64,000 nt of DNA from Bdellovibrionota bacterium. GTDB taxonomy: Bacteria > Bdellovibrionota_C > UBA2361 > JBGSMV01. The stretch covers positions 1 through 64,000 of the forward strand of contig JBGSMV010000029.1 in NCBI GenBank assembly GCA_041739995.1. Reading direction: 5' to 3'. Each line of letters opens with the position of its first letter. The stretch's first letter is position 1. The notes beneath the pieces are model-generated. The model saw only the letters and a list, made by a program, of their open reading frames with translations, ran no database searches and was not told where the DNA came from. The translations under genes and the position numbers were made by a program. Of this stretch, positions 40,979 through 49,306 are shown piece after piece.

Positions 40979-42552
40979 AGATGTGTGCCGGTATTTTGTG
41001 GAACTTGTCGTTTAGAGGACTTGGACGCGGAGGGCGGGCGCAATTAGTTCTCGCCGTGTTGGCCTGCGCTGTAGTGGTCGTCGTTTCAGGGTGCTCATCG
41101 GGGCACGGGTTGAGAGATGTCTCTTCGGATCTAGGAAGCGAGGGACACAGCGCGGAACTTTCCTTGCCTCGTATCGTCCCACCAGAGAGATGGGAGCTCG
41201 ATAATGGCCTCACGGTACTTTTTTCCAGAGACGATGAGATTCCAGTCGTGTCAGGGAATCTTTTTCTCAGGGGCGGAAACCTATGGGAGCCGATTGAGGA
41301 GTTTGGCGTCTCGATTGCCATGGGAGATCTGATGCGTCGGGGTGGAGCGGGTAGTCGCGAGCCCGAGGAACTTGATCAACGTCTGGATGAGCTATCAGCT
41401 TCCGTGTCTTCAAGCATGGGACAGGAGTTTGGGCGGGTGCAGTTTGGTTGCCTCTCTTCAGATCTTCCCGAAGTGTTTGGAATATTTGCTGATGTGGTGA
41501 GAAGGCCTCGTTTCGACGAAAAGCGACTGGATCTATGGAAGAGTCAAAGTCGTGAATCGATGAGGAGGCGGGTGGACGATCCCTCTACTGTCGCGGTGTC
41601 TTCCTTCAATCAGCTGATCTTCGGTAAAAGTCCCTATGGATGGGTACTTACCGAAGCAGACCTTGGTCGCTTTACCCCGGCTCGAGTGAGAAAGAGCTAT
41701 GAGCGCTTTATTCAGCCAGACGGAGCGTTGCTTGCTATCAGTGGGCGAGTTGAGCGAGAGGAAGTTGAGAAATTGGTCGCCAAGTATTTCGGCTCATGGG
41801 AAAAACGCGAATTAATCAGTGAGGCATCGAGTGCTCAGTCCAGTCTTCTGCCCAACCTTCTGGCTCCCCCACCTGCCATCACGACTGAGCCGAAGCCCGG
41901 AATCTTTTTTATAGAGCTGCCACTGCAGCAAGCGACCATTCTTGTGGGACACCGAGGAGTGCCGCGACTTACGCCCGATTACCTTGCGATAGAAGTGTTT
42001 AATAGCATTTTTGGTTCAGGCGGATTTGGATCGCGTTTAATGAAGCGAGTTAGGACCGAGGCAGGGCTGGCCTATTCGGTGTATGGGTCAGTAGTGCCTG
42101 CGGTTACCGCAGGGAAGAACATCATTTTTATACAAACCAAGACGGACAGTGCGGGAAAGGCTCTTTCTCGGGCGCTTGAAGAGTTGGCCACGATGCAGGA
42201 AGTCTTGGTACCTGAGGCAGAGCTGCAGGAGAGTAAAGATGCGTTGCTCAACTCGTTTGTATTTAACTTCGAATCCCCCGCAAAAGTCTTGATACGAAAT
42301 GCTTCCTTTCAACTTCTTGGGTATCCCGCTGATTACGATAAGACCTATATGCCAGGCATGCGAGAGGTGTCGGCTGAGCAGGTGCGCGAAGTGGCGCGCA
42401 AGCGATGGAATTTTGAAGACCTTTCAATCGTGGTGGTGGGAAATAAAGGAGCGTTGACGGCCGTTACGGAAGCGCTTGAGGTCAGGCCTGAGCTTCAATC
42501 CTTGCTGCCGATACGTCGCGCCCGGTTCGATCAGCGCTTGGTGTTGGAGTAA
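40975..42552 (+). CDS. M16 family peptidase, non-catalytic partner (lipoprotein-like)
   Basis: No HxxEH; SRLMKRVRTEAGLAYSV; VSGC lipobox-like; ATGA overlap. Confidence 0.9.
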   Translation: MKMCAGILWNLSFRGLGRGGRAQLVLAVLACAVVVVVSGCSSGHGLRDVSSDLGSEGHSAELSLPRIVPPERWELDNGLTVLFSRDDEIPVVSGNLFLRGGNLWEPIEEFGVSIAMGDLMRRGGAGSREPEELDQRLDELSASVSSSMGQEFGRVQFGCLSSDLPEVFGIFADVVRRPRFDEKRLDLWKSQSRESMRRRVDDPSTVAVSSFNQLIFGKSPYGWVLTEADLGRFTPARVRKSYERFIQPDGALLAISGRVEREEVEKLVAKYFGSWEKRELISEASSAQSSLLPNLLAPPPAITTEPKPGIFFIELPLQQATILVGHRGVPRLTPDYLAIEVFNSIFGSGGFGSRLMKRVRTEAGLAYSVYGSVVPAVTAGKNIIFIQTKTDSAGKALSRALEELATMQEVLVPEAELQESKDALLNSFVFNFESPAKVLIRNASFQLLGYPADYDKTYMPGMREVSAEQVREVARKRWNFEDLSIVVVGNKGALTAVTEALEVRPELQSLLPIRRARFDQRLVLE

Positions 42553-42617
42553 GACCGTAGTACGCTCTCTTTCTCGGTCTTTGAAGGGGGATTTCCAGGC
42601 CTGTCCAGCGTTGAGAG

Positions 42618-43490
42618 ATGTGGGAAGTCTGGTTGGTGAGTTATTCAGGGTCAGGAAGAAGCACTATGTTGGATAGGTTTCACATGCGCTGGGTCAGTGT
42701 TTCTTTTACGGGGGTTTCTTTTACGGGGGTTTCTTTTACCCGGGTTTCTTCTACTCGGGTTTCTTCGGCATGGCGTTCCTTAACCAGTCTGCTTGGTTCG
42801 TGCAGCGCTGCGGTGGTGCTTGGGCTTTTCCTGGCTGGATGTGGTGGTGGCCCCCCAGCGCCCGGACCTGACCGACAAGCGGCCGGCACTTTTGAAGGTG
42901 CGGCTACAGGCGCTGGCGCAGGCGCAGTGACTGGATTCCAACTGGGCGCAGGCACCGGGCCTGGGGCTTTAGTAGGCGCAGGACTAGGGGCAGTGGCGGG
43001 AGGTATCCAAGGAGCGGTTCAGGATTCACTTGATGAGGACCTGCTTAAGCTGTCTGCTCAAGCTCGGGCCGAGCGGGAGCGGCTCTATGCACAAGATGTG
43101 CTCCAAGACGAATTCAAGCGCAGACTTGCGTTGCATCCAACGCGGGAAATTTATGCCGCGGATCTATTCTTCAGAGGAGATGAGACTCGATTGCGTTTAA
43201 GCGCAAAACCAGTGGTGCGAGAGCTGGCGCGCCTCAACAAAGAACGGGCATCCTGGTCACGACTGGTGGTTGCTGCCTACGTGAAAGCAAGTAGCCCCGA
43301 CTCGGAGTTCGCGCAAAGACTTGGAGAGCGAAGAGCCCGTGAGCTTGTCGACGAGTTGGTGCGAGGTGGCCTTGAGCCGCGCAGGCTTCAGACCCGGGTG
43401 GTCATAACAAGTGAGCCGATCTTGATTGATCCGCTCGATAGAGTTGAGCGCTATAGCCAGGCTATCGAGTTAATTGCTCTCGACAGCTAG
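42618..43490 (+). CDS. lipoprotein with glycine zipper and OmpA-like C-terminal domain
   Basis: LAGC lipobox, GAATGAGAGA glycine zipper, LGERRA..V...L...G. Confidence 0.7.
   Translation: MWEVWLVSYSGSGRSTMLDRFHMRWVSVSFTGVSFTGVSFTRVSSTRVSSAWRSLTSLLGSCSAAVVLGLFLAGCGGGPPAPGPDRQAAGTFEGAATGAGAGAVTGFQLGAGTGPGALVGAGLGAVAGGIQGAVQDSLDEDLLKLSAQARAERERLYAQDVLQDEFKRRLALHPTREIYAADLFFRGDETRLRLSAKPVVRELARLNKERASWSRLVVAAYVKASSPDSEFAQRLGERRARELVDELVRGGLEPRRLQTRVVITSEPILIDPLDRVERYSQAIELIALDS
42699..42770 (+). repeat. 15-bp tandem repeat (~5 units, VSFTG)
   Basis: gtttcttttacgggg x2, then progressively diverged units. Confidence 0.9.
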
Positions 43491-43614
43491 CTGGCCTCCG
43501 GGCCCTCTAATACTTGTGGGGGTGGAATGGTTCTTGGAACACCTCGAATTAACGTGTTCGTTAGGGCTAGGCGCACTTGAGGCGAGTTGAAGGGTTTGGC
43601 AAGTTCAGATAGGC

Positions 43615-44028
43615 TTGGGGAATATTTTTTCGGATAGATTTATGAATAAGAAGCGAGACAGCAAGGCTAAACCCTCTTCAAAAGGTTCCGAAGGCGCTGA
43701 TGGCGTGGTGAACGGTGACGCGAATAAGGATGACGCATCTCACGGTGAGTTTGCCGTCCAAGAAATAAAGACCAAGGCGCAGCTTAAAGCGTTCCTTAAT
43801 AGTATTAGAGACAAAATGGGCGACAACACCGCTGCTCCTATCTACGCGATGTCGGCCATGAATCACATTCTGACTTTGTCGGCCGTTTATGAACTGCTCG
43901 ATAATGAGACCAAAGAAATCGCCAGGGATGTTTGGTTGAGGATTAAGCAGTCAGGGCTTCAGGTGAGAATGCCCTCTCTGCTTTTTAGCGCAGAGGAAAT
44001 TGAAGTGGGCGCGAACACAGTAAGCTAG
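43615..44028 (+). CDS. hypothetical protein
   Basis: 137-aa ORF, protein-like composition. Confidence 0.65.
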   Translation: MGNIFSDRFMNKKRDSKAKPSSKGSEGADGVVNGDANKDDASHGEFAVQEIKTKAQLKAFLNSIRDKMGDNTAAPIYAMSAMNHILTLSAVYELLDNETKEIARDVWLRIKQSGLQVRMPSLLFSAEEIEVGANTVS

Positions 44029-44083
44029 CGTAGTGTTACTAACGCTTCTTTACAATTTTGCAGATTTTCAATCTCGAAGCAGT

Positions 44084-44557
44084 TCAATCTCGAAGCAGAA
44101 TGTCGATGGTACGCTCGATTTCATCGAGCTGATTCAAGGCACAATAAGCGTCAGCGATTTCCGGGAGTGGGCTCGTGCCATCACTGGAAGGGGTCCTCTC
44201 GTTGAGAATGAGGACCGGTACTCCGGCTCCGCGCGGTATGGTGGGGAGAGATTTCAAATGCTCGGTCAGTTGATGACCGCTTACTCCCTCAAGTCGATCC
44301 GAAGTGATAACTAGATCGAAGTACTGCCAAACTAACCGCTGAAGGGCCTCGGTTGCTGTTTGGGTAGCAACGACTTTAAATCCCCGGGCGGAGAGTCTTT
44401 TAGTGATCGTAGTGAGCGTGGTGAGGTCTCGATCCACCAATAGAATACTTGTGTGACGAAGCCCGGAGTCAGGAAGCGGGGACGCTCCTGTTGACGGGCT
44501 AGAGTTCGAATCGAAGTGTTCGTCGGAAATTTCTAGAGATTGCTTCAAATTACTCAT
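44084..44557 (-). CDS. stand-alone (pseudo-)receiver domain protein
   Basis: ILLVDRD...EAL..L....FDLVITSD..GVSG; the phospho-Asp position appears shifted or replaced. Confidence 0.7.
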   Translation of the reverse strand: MSNLKQSLEISDEHFDSNSSPSTGASPLPDSGLRHTSILLVDRDLTTLTTITKRLSARGFKVVATQTATEALQRLVWQYFDLVITSDRLEGVSGHQLTEHLKSLPTIPRGAGVPVLILNERTPSSDGTSPLPEIADAYCALNQLDEIERTIDILLRD

Positions 44558-44754
44558 TCAACCAAAAAATGGCAGGCGCCAAATTTCTTTCAGTCGCGAC
44601 TCCCCAGTGTACTACAAAAACGTGAGTTTCAGTCGGTAAATGTGCTTAGGCCAGCTCGGAGGAACTCGTATTTTGGTCATCGGTATCGGTAAAGATGGGT
44701 GGGTTCGAGAGCTTAGCGCGAGGTTCGGCTCGGGCAAATTTCAGAACGGACCTT

Positions 44755-44910
44755 CTACTGCGCTGAGTCAGAAGCTCATTTAAGTATTTGTCTCGCTGAT
44801 CTCGCTGAACCCATTGTGTAATTCAATTGTGTAATTCATTAAATATATTCACAAAGAGAGCAGCGAGCTCGGCGAGAAATGTTCATGGAACTCTTAACTC
44901 AAGACACTAC
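44755..44910. mobile_element. MITE-like palindromic repeat, copy 1
   Basis: Near reverse complement of 53678-53820, with an internal duplication of attgtgtaattca. Confidence 0.8.
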
Positions 44911-44989
44911 TTATCAGGGTGAAAAACTCTTTTCACAAGCCTGTTAGTGCGGTGTCGCGGTCGAAGTTCAGCTTCGCCGAGCTATGCGA

Positions 44990-45784
44990 TTAGCTTGATG
45001 CTGACTCGTACTTCTGGAGTCCTCGGTGCCATAGAAATCGAATCGCCACGGTGATTAGTGCAAGCGCCAAGAGCGAATAAAGCACGCCAAGAAATTTATG
45101 TTGGTCGAACAGAAAGTGCACCGGCGCGGAGCTGGCGAGAAGGACGGGCAGAACGAAAGTAAAAACGCGTCGAAATGTTGCTTGATACACAAAGTCCGGC
45201 CAGCGGCTAATGTCTTGAAGCTGCATCCGCAGAAAGTTCATCCCAATACTGTCCACAAGCCAAAAGCCACTGATCATCAATAGAATCTCAATGGCGGTAA
45301 TCAACGCGAGTGCAAGCAGGACCATGAAGGGCAGGGCAATCCAAGCGATCGTCGAGAGGCCAATGTTACCGCCAAAGTGTGCCATGAGGAGCCACGGGAC
45401 TGGCGCGAGAACGAAGGAGCCTGCTCGGATGAATCTAAAAAAGGTAATAAATATCGCGTTTGCAGGTCTCAAAAGTATGAAGTCGAGCGTTCCAGTGCGA
45501 ATATCAGCAGAAAAATTCCAAAAGGACTCGCTTACAAAGGTCATGTGAAGCTGGTCTACCGCCAGCATGAAACAGGCAAAAAACAAGAAGTGCTCGCGCG
45601 ACCAGCCACCCAACGGTCCGGTAAGGCGAAAGGTGAAGTCGATGGTAAACAAAATCGAGCAGTAGAAGCAGATATCCATCAGAATGAGCAGTAGGAAGTG
45701 TACGCGAAAGGCCAGAGCACGTTCGATGTTCAAGCCGAGAAGGTGCCAGTAAATGTCGAGGTAATGTCGGAGAAAGCGTCTCAT
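44990..45784 (-). CDS. ABC-2 family (DUF990-like) permease
   Basis: IRTGTLDFILLRP and TFVLP motifs; ends YESASS. Confidence 0.88.
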   Translation of the reverse strand: MRRFLRHYLDIYWHLLGLNIERALAFRVHFLLLILMDICFYCSILFTIDFTFRLTGPLGGWSREHFLFFACFMLAVDQLHMTFVSESFWNFSADIRTGTLDFILLRPANAIFITFFRFIRAGSFVLAPVPWLLMAHFGGNIGLSTIAWIALPFMVLLALALITAIEILLMISGFWLVDSIGMNFLRMQLQDISRWPDFVYQATFRRVFTFVLPVLLASSAPVHFLFDQHKFLGVLYSLLALALITVAIRFLWHRGLQKYESASS

Positions 45785-45785
45785 G

Positions 45786-46589
45786 CTACATGCCCGCCGC
45801 AGCATAGAGACGTAGCCCCTTAGACCAGAGCACTCTCGCGGTGATGGCGGCGATAAGCAGCCAAAGTACAGTCATTAATGCGGCATCATGAAATGTAACC
45901 GAACTGCTGCCCATGCAGAGCTGTACGGGAATGAAAGTGAGATAGGGGAAAGGTGTATACCAAAGAAATTCCAAAACCTTTGGCGGGAAAAGATCAAGTG
46001 GAATTATGGCTCCGGACAAGAAACGAGCAACCATCGTGAACAAAACTCTTAACACCCAGGATTCTTCAATCCAAAATGACGAGCTCGAGAGTAAAAACCA
46101 GACGCAGAACCAGAGCAGGCTCACCAATAGAGCCATGCTGCCCCCTGCGGCGAGGTGAGTCAGGGATTCGAGGGGGAGGATTCCCGAACCGAAACCAATC
46201 ACCAGTACGATTAAGGCGCTCAGACAGTTTAGAATTTGAGCGGCGCTAAAAGCCCCAAAGTGGTAGCCCATGAAACTAGTTGGATACAGCAAGAATGCCG
46301 AGATTCTACCAAAGCGAATATCCTCGGAGATATTGCGGCTCGCATACGATTGACACAGCAGTGTGACGACCAGCACGTAGGTCTGGTACTCAAGCATTCT
46401 TTCAAAGGTGTACCCCCGCAATAACTCATTGTCGCGAGCTGCAAAAATCGAGTACCAAAGGTTAATCTTAATCAAAAAGAAGACCAGGGCGGGCCCAAGA
46501 ATAAGAAGAAGGAAGTTGAGTTTGTATGCGAGCTGAGAGGCGAGCTCTATGCGAATCGTGCCCCAATACTTTGAAAAAAGCTTCTTCAT
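45786..46589 (-). CDS. ABC-2 family (DUF990-like) permease
   Basis: ISEDIRFGRIS.FLLYP and LSGAIIPLDLFP motifs; ends GLRLYAAAG. Confidence 0.88.
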   Translation of the reverse strand: MKKLFSKYWGTIRIELASQLAYKLNFLLLILGPALVFFLIKINLWYSIFAARDNELLRGYTFERMLEYQTYVLVVTLLCQSYASRNISEDIRFGRISAFLLYPTSFMGYHFGAFSAAQILNCLSALIVLVIGFGSGILPLESLTHLAAGGSMALLVSLLWFCVWFLLSSSSFWIEESWVLRVLFTMVARFLSGAIIPLDLFPPKVLEFLWYTPFPYLTFIPVQLCMGSSSVTFHDAALMTVLWLLIAAITARVLWSKGLRLYAAAGM

Positions 46590-47581
46590 GCGGAAGGGGA
46601 CAAAAGTTGAGGGTTTGAAAGAATCGAATGCATCACTCGCTCCACCGGAATTTGCTCGGTGCCAAAGTCAGTGACGGGGTAGCGTTCAAGGATTTGTTGC
46701 ATAGTGCTCCTCAGCGCGTTTTCAGGGATGCGGAGTTCAACGTGGGTGCGTTCAGGGTCCCAATCTGGCTCAAACGGCACGAAGAAAGTGTCTTCAACTG
46801 AGATAGCTGAGGCGAAGGAGACAGAAAGAAATTTTTCGGAACCGAGAAGTCTTTGAAATTTTGAGAGTTCACCATCGAAGCGTTTCTCTCCTCCGAGAAT
46901 AAGCACCACTCGGTCGCATAGCGCTTCGACATCTGCCATATAGTGGGAAGTGAGTATGATGGTGGTGCCTCGCTCTTTGTGGAAGTTGAGCAGAAACTGC
47001 CTAATTGAAACCTGGGCCACCACGTCGAGGCCAATGGTAGGTTCATCGAGAAATACTACTTTGGGATCATGGAGCAGTGAAGCCATGAGCTCCACTTTCA
47101 TGCGCTCACCCAGAGATAGCTTGCGCACGTGAGTTCTCAGTACGTGATTAACGCCAAGAAGCGTCCCAAGTTCATCCACGCGTTGGTTGAAATTCTGGCG
47201 AGAGATCTCGTAATAGGCACGTAAGAGCTCCAGCGAATCGAGGGCGGGGATGTCCCACCACAGCTGAGACTTTTGCCCCATGACGAGAGCAATCCGTCGG
47301 CGGAATTCCTTAGCACGCGCGAAGGGGTCGCACCCAAGTACTTGCAGGCGTCCATCGCTTGGCATGATAAGGCCGCTCAGCATCTTCATTAGCGTGGTTT
47401 TGCCGGCGCCATTTGGACCAAGAAGACCGAGGAGCTCTCCTTCACGAACAGAAAATGAAAAATCTCGCACGGCAGATATTTCGTTATACTCGCGTGAAGC
47501 AAAGCTCTTGAGAGAGCCAAGGATTCCAGGATCCTTTTTGTATATCTTGAATCGTTTAGTGAGAGCTTCGCAGTGAATCAT
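46586..47581 (-). CDS. ABC transporter ATP-binding protein
   Basis: GPNGAGKT, VMGQKSQLWWD, LSLGERMK, FLDEPTIGLD, TSHYMAD; probable start MIHCE at 47581. Confidence 0.93.
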   Translation of the reverse strand: MIHCEALTKRFKIYKKDPGILGSLKSFASREYNEISAVRDFSFSVREGELLGLLGPNGAGKTTLMKMLSGLIMPSDGRLQVLGCDPFARAKEFRRRIALVMGQKSQLWWDIPALDSLELLRAYYEISRQNFNQRVDELGTLLGVNHVLRTHVRKLSLGERMKVELMASLLHDPKVVFLDEPTIGLDVVAQVSIRQFLLNFHKERGTTIILTSHYMADVEALCDRVVLILGGEKRFDGELSKFQRLLGSEKFLSVSFASAISVEDTFFVPFEPDWDPERTHVELRIPENALRSTMQQILERYPVTDFGTEQIPVERVMHSILSNPQLLSPSA

Positions 47582-47759
47582 AGGGCGTTGAAACGTGTGG
47601 TTATTACGTCGCAGTCTACTTAAATCATTATTTATCGACAGGGCTACTCTTCGTGGAAATCGAGAGGCTCGATATGGACTACTCAGGCTTGGTCTGGCGC
47701 GACCTCGAGCTCGCCTTACTTCGATAATTCTCAAGTATTTGGGATTTCAAGTTTTAGCC

Positions 47760-47990
47760 TTCTGGCGCTACAATCCCCTCTCAAAGCCACTTGAGAGGGA
47801 GGATGCCAAAGCCAGGCGCTCCTATGGAGCGCTTCCTCTTGTCAGCGCCTTGCTTCGACTTTTCTTGTGAGTTTTTTGGCTCATGAGGGACGAAAGAGGG
47901 TCCGTCGAAGTCAGACGTCTAACCGGCCCGTTGATTGGGCAACATTTCTCTTTGGCATCCTTCGTCTTCGGTTTGCCTCGGCGCCCTGGA
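47760..47990 (+). ncRNA. candidate structured ncRNA upstream of the RT
   Basis: 12-bp perfect inverted repeat 47800-47811/47950-47961; hairpins 47776-47799 and 47814-47834; stem cttcgac/gtcgaag 47853-47910 enclosing two further hairpins. Confidence 0.45.
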
Positions 47991-49306
47991 CTAAAACTCA
48001 ATCGCGGATTTTTCAAGAGCTTTTTCATAGAGAGATGGAGATGTCCCCGAATTTTCCGGACTGGAGATTAGTTCGTCGCACCTTAGATCACGAATGGTCC
48101 GGTAAGCGACTTCGACTCCGGGAGCAAGATTCTGAGGGGATGACTCGGCAGGAATTTTTTCGCTTTCGACACCGCTTATTAGAAGGTTCGATACGGCAGA
48201 TTCGGACCAAGACGTTTGAGCCCGCAGTGGCAAGGCCTTTCACTATCTTCGTCGATAAGCCCCGAGTTGTTTTCCGTTTTCGATGGATTGACCACTTCTG
48301 GATGGACTACCTTGGATTCTTGCTTCGTGACAAGGCCGAGGAGATCTTGAGTGACGCGGTAGTGAGCTTTCGCACGGGGCGAGGAGTGCATACCGCCTTT
48401 GAGCGCCTTCGTCCGCTCTTTGCGGATCCATCACGCGGTGATTTATTTGTATTGCGACGAGATGTTCAGAACTATGGCCCCTCTATGGACCACCGTAGAA
48501 TGCAAAACATATTTCGCTCTATAGTTCCGTCAGCTCCCTTGCTTGAGCACTTGTTCTCGAAATTCTGCTCTTTCCAGTATTTAGAGGGAGAGCAGTGTGT
48601 GGTGAATGCTTCTGGTCTGCCAGCCGGGAGCCAGCTTCAAACCGCTTTTGACAATTTGTACCTGCATGAGTTGGATCACCAACTCGATAAAATGGACGAT
48701 GCGGTATACGTTAGATTTGGGGACGACATACTTTTCGCAACCACCTCACTGCAGAGAGCGCTTGACGCTAAGCGCCGCATCTCAGAATTCTTTTTAGCCG
48801 CACAGCTCGTGCCAAACGAAAAGAAGTGCCAAGATTTTGTCATCACGCGCACCGTAAAAAAATCTACCAGCCAGAAAGAATTCACGCCGGCACAAATATT
48901 CCCCTATCTCGGCATGCTGATCGATATGCGAGGAGATGCGTACCTTCCAAGACAGAAGATGAAAAAAATTACTACCTTTCTTAAGGCGCAGCTAAAAATG
49001 GCCTTGGGGCCCTCAGCGGGTAGCGGAGATAAGAATGTTGGTTTTGAAGCCATTCAGGTAGTCAAACATGTTCTCGGAGGCGGCCTGCTCAGTGGGGAAA
49101 ATCCATTGCTTCATTATCTGCCGTTGATGAGAAATGAAAAACAGCTTCGTGCGCTTGATCGATGGATCGCAACGGCAGTTATCTCAGCAGTGCATGGAGG
49201 AGGATTTAAGAAGTCATTCTTTCGGTCAACCTCGTTCTCTGAACTAAGAGAAATGGGGCTTCCGTCTCTTGTCCACATGCGCCGAGTCGGGAATCGTCAG
49301 CGATGA
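47867..49306 (+). CDS. stand-alone group-II-like reverse transcriptase with atypical active site (probable start ATG 48035/48041)
   Basis: RT0-7 in order: QDSEGMT, SDAVVSFRTGRGVHTA, RRDVQNYGPSMDH, GLPAGSQLQTAFDNLYLHELD, YVRFGDDILF, LVPNEKK, FPYLG; X/thumb-like LRALDRWI...LREMGLPSL. Confidence 0.9.
   Translation: MSFLAHEGRKRVRRSQTSNRPVDWATFLFGILRLRFASAPWTKTQSRIFQELFHREMEMSPNFPDWRLVRRTLDHEWSGKRLRLREQDSEGMTRQEFFRFRHRLLEGSIRQIRTKTFEPAVARPFTIFVDKPRVVFRFRWIDHFWMDYLGFLLRDKAEEILSDAVVSFRTGRGVHTAFERLRPLFADPSRGDLFVLRRDVQNYGPSMDHRRMQNIFRSIVPSAPLLEHLFSKFCSFQYLEGEQCVVNASGLPAGSQLQTAFDNLYLHELDHQLDKMDDAVYVRFGDDILFATTSLQRALDAKRRISEFFLAAQLVPNEKKCQDFVITRTVKKSTSQKEFTPAQIFPYLGMLIDMRGDAYLPRQKMKKITTFLKAQLKMALGPSAGSGDKNVGFEAIQVVKHVLGGGLLSGENPLLHYLPLMRNEKQLRALDRWIATAVISAVHGGGFKKSFFRSTSFSELREMGLPSLVHMRRVGNRQR

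Noticed and set aside
47595..47870. 91-aa ORF with a GTGA overlap to the RT ORF as a fourth operon gene
   Set aside because: It starts 14 bp from the divergent ATPase start, is Arg/Leu-rich with no motif, and overlaps the structured region. It is not excluded, but is not called.
47880..47912. Hammerhead-like ctcatgag...gaaa
   Set aside because: The core would need CUGAUGA and correctly placed GAAA/UH stems, which are not satisfied.
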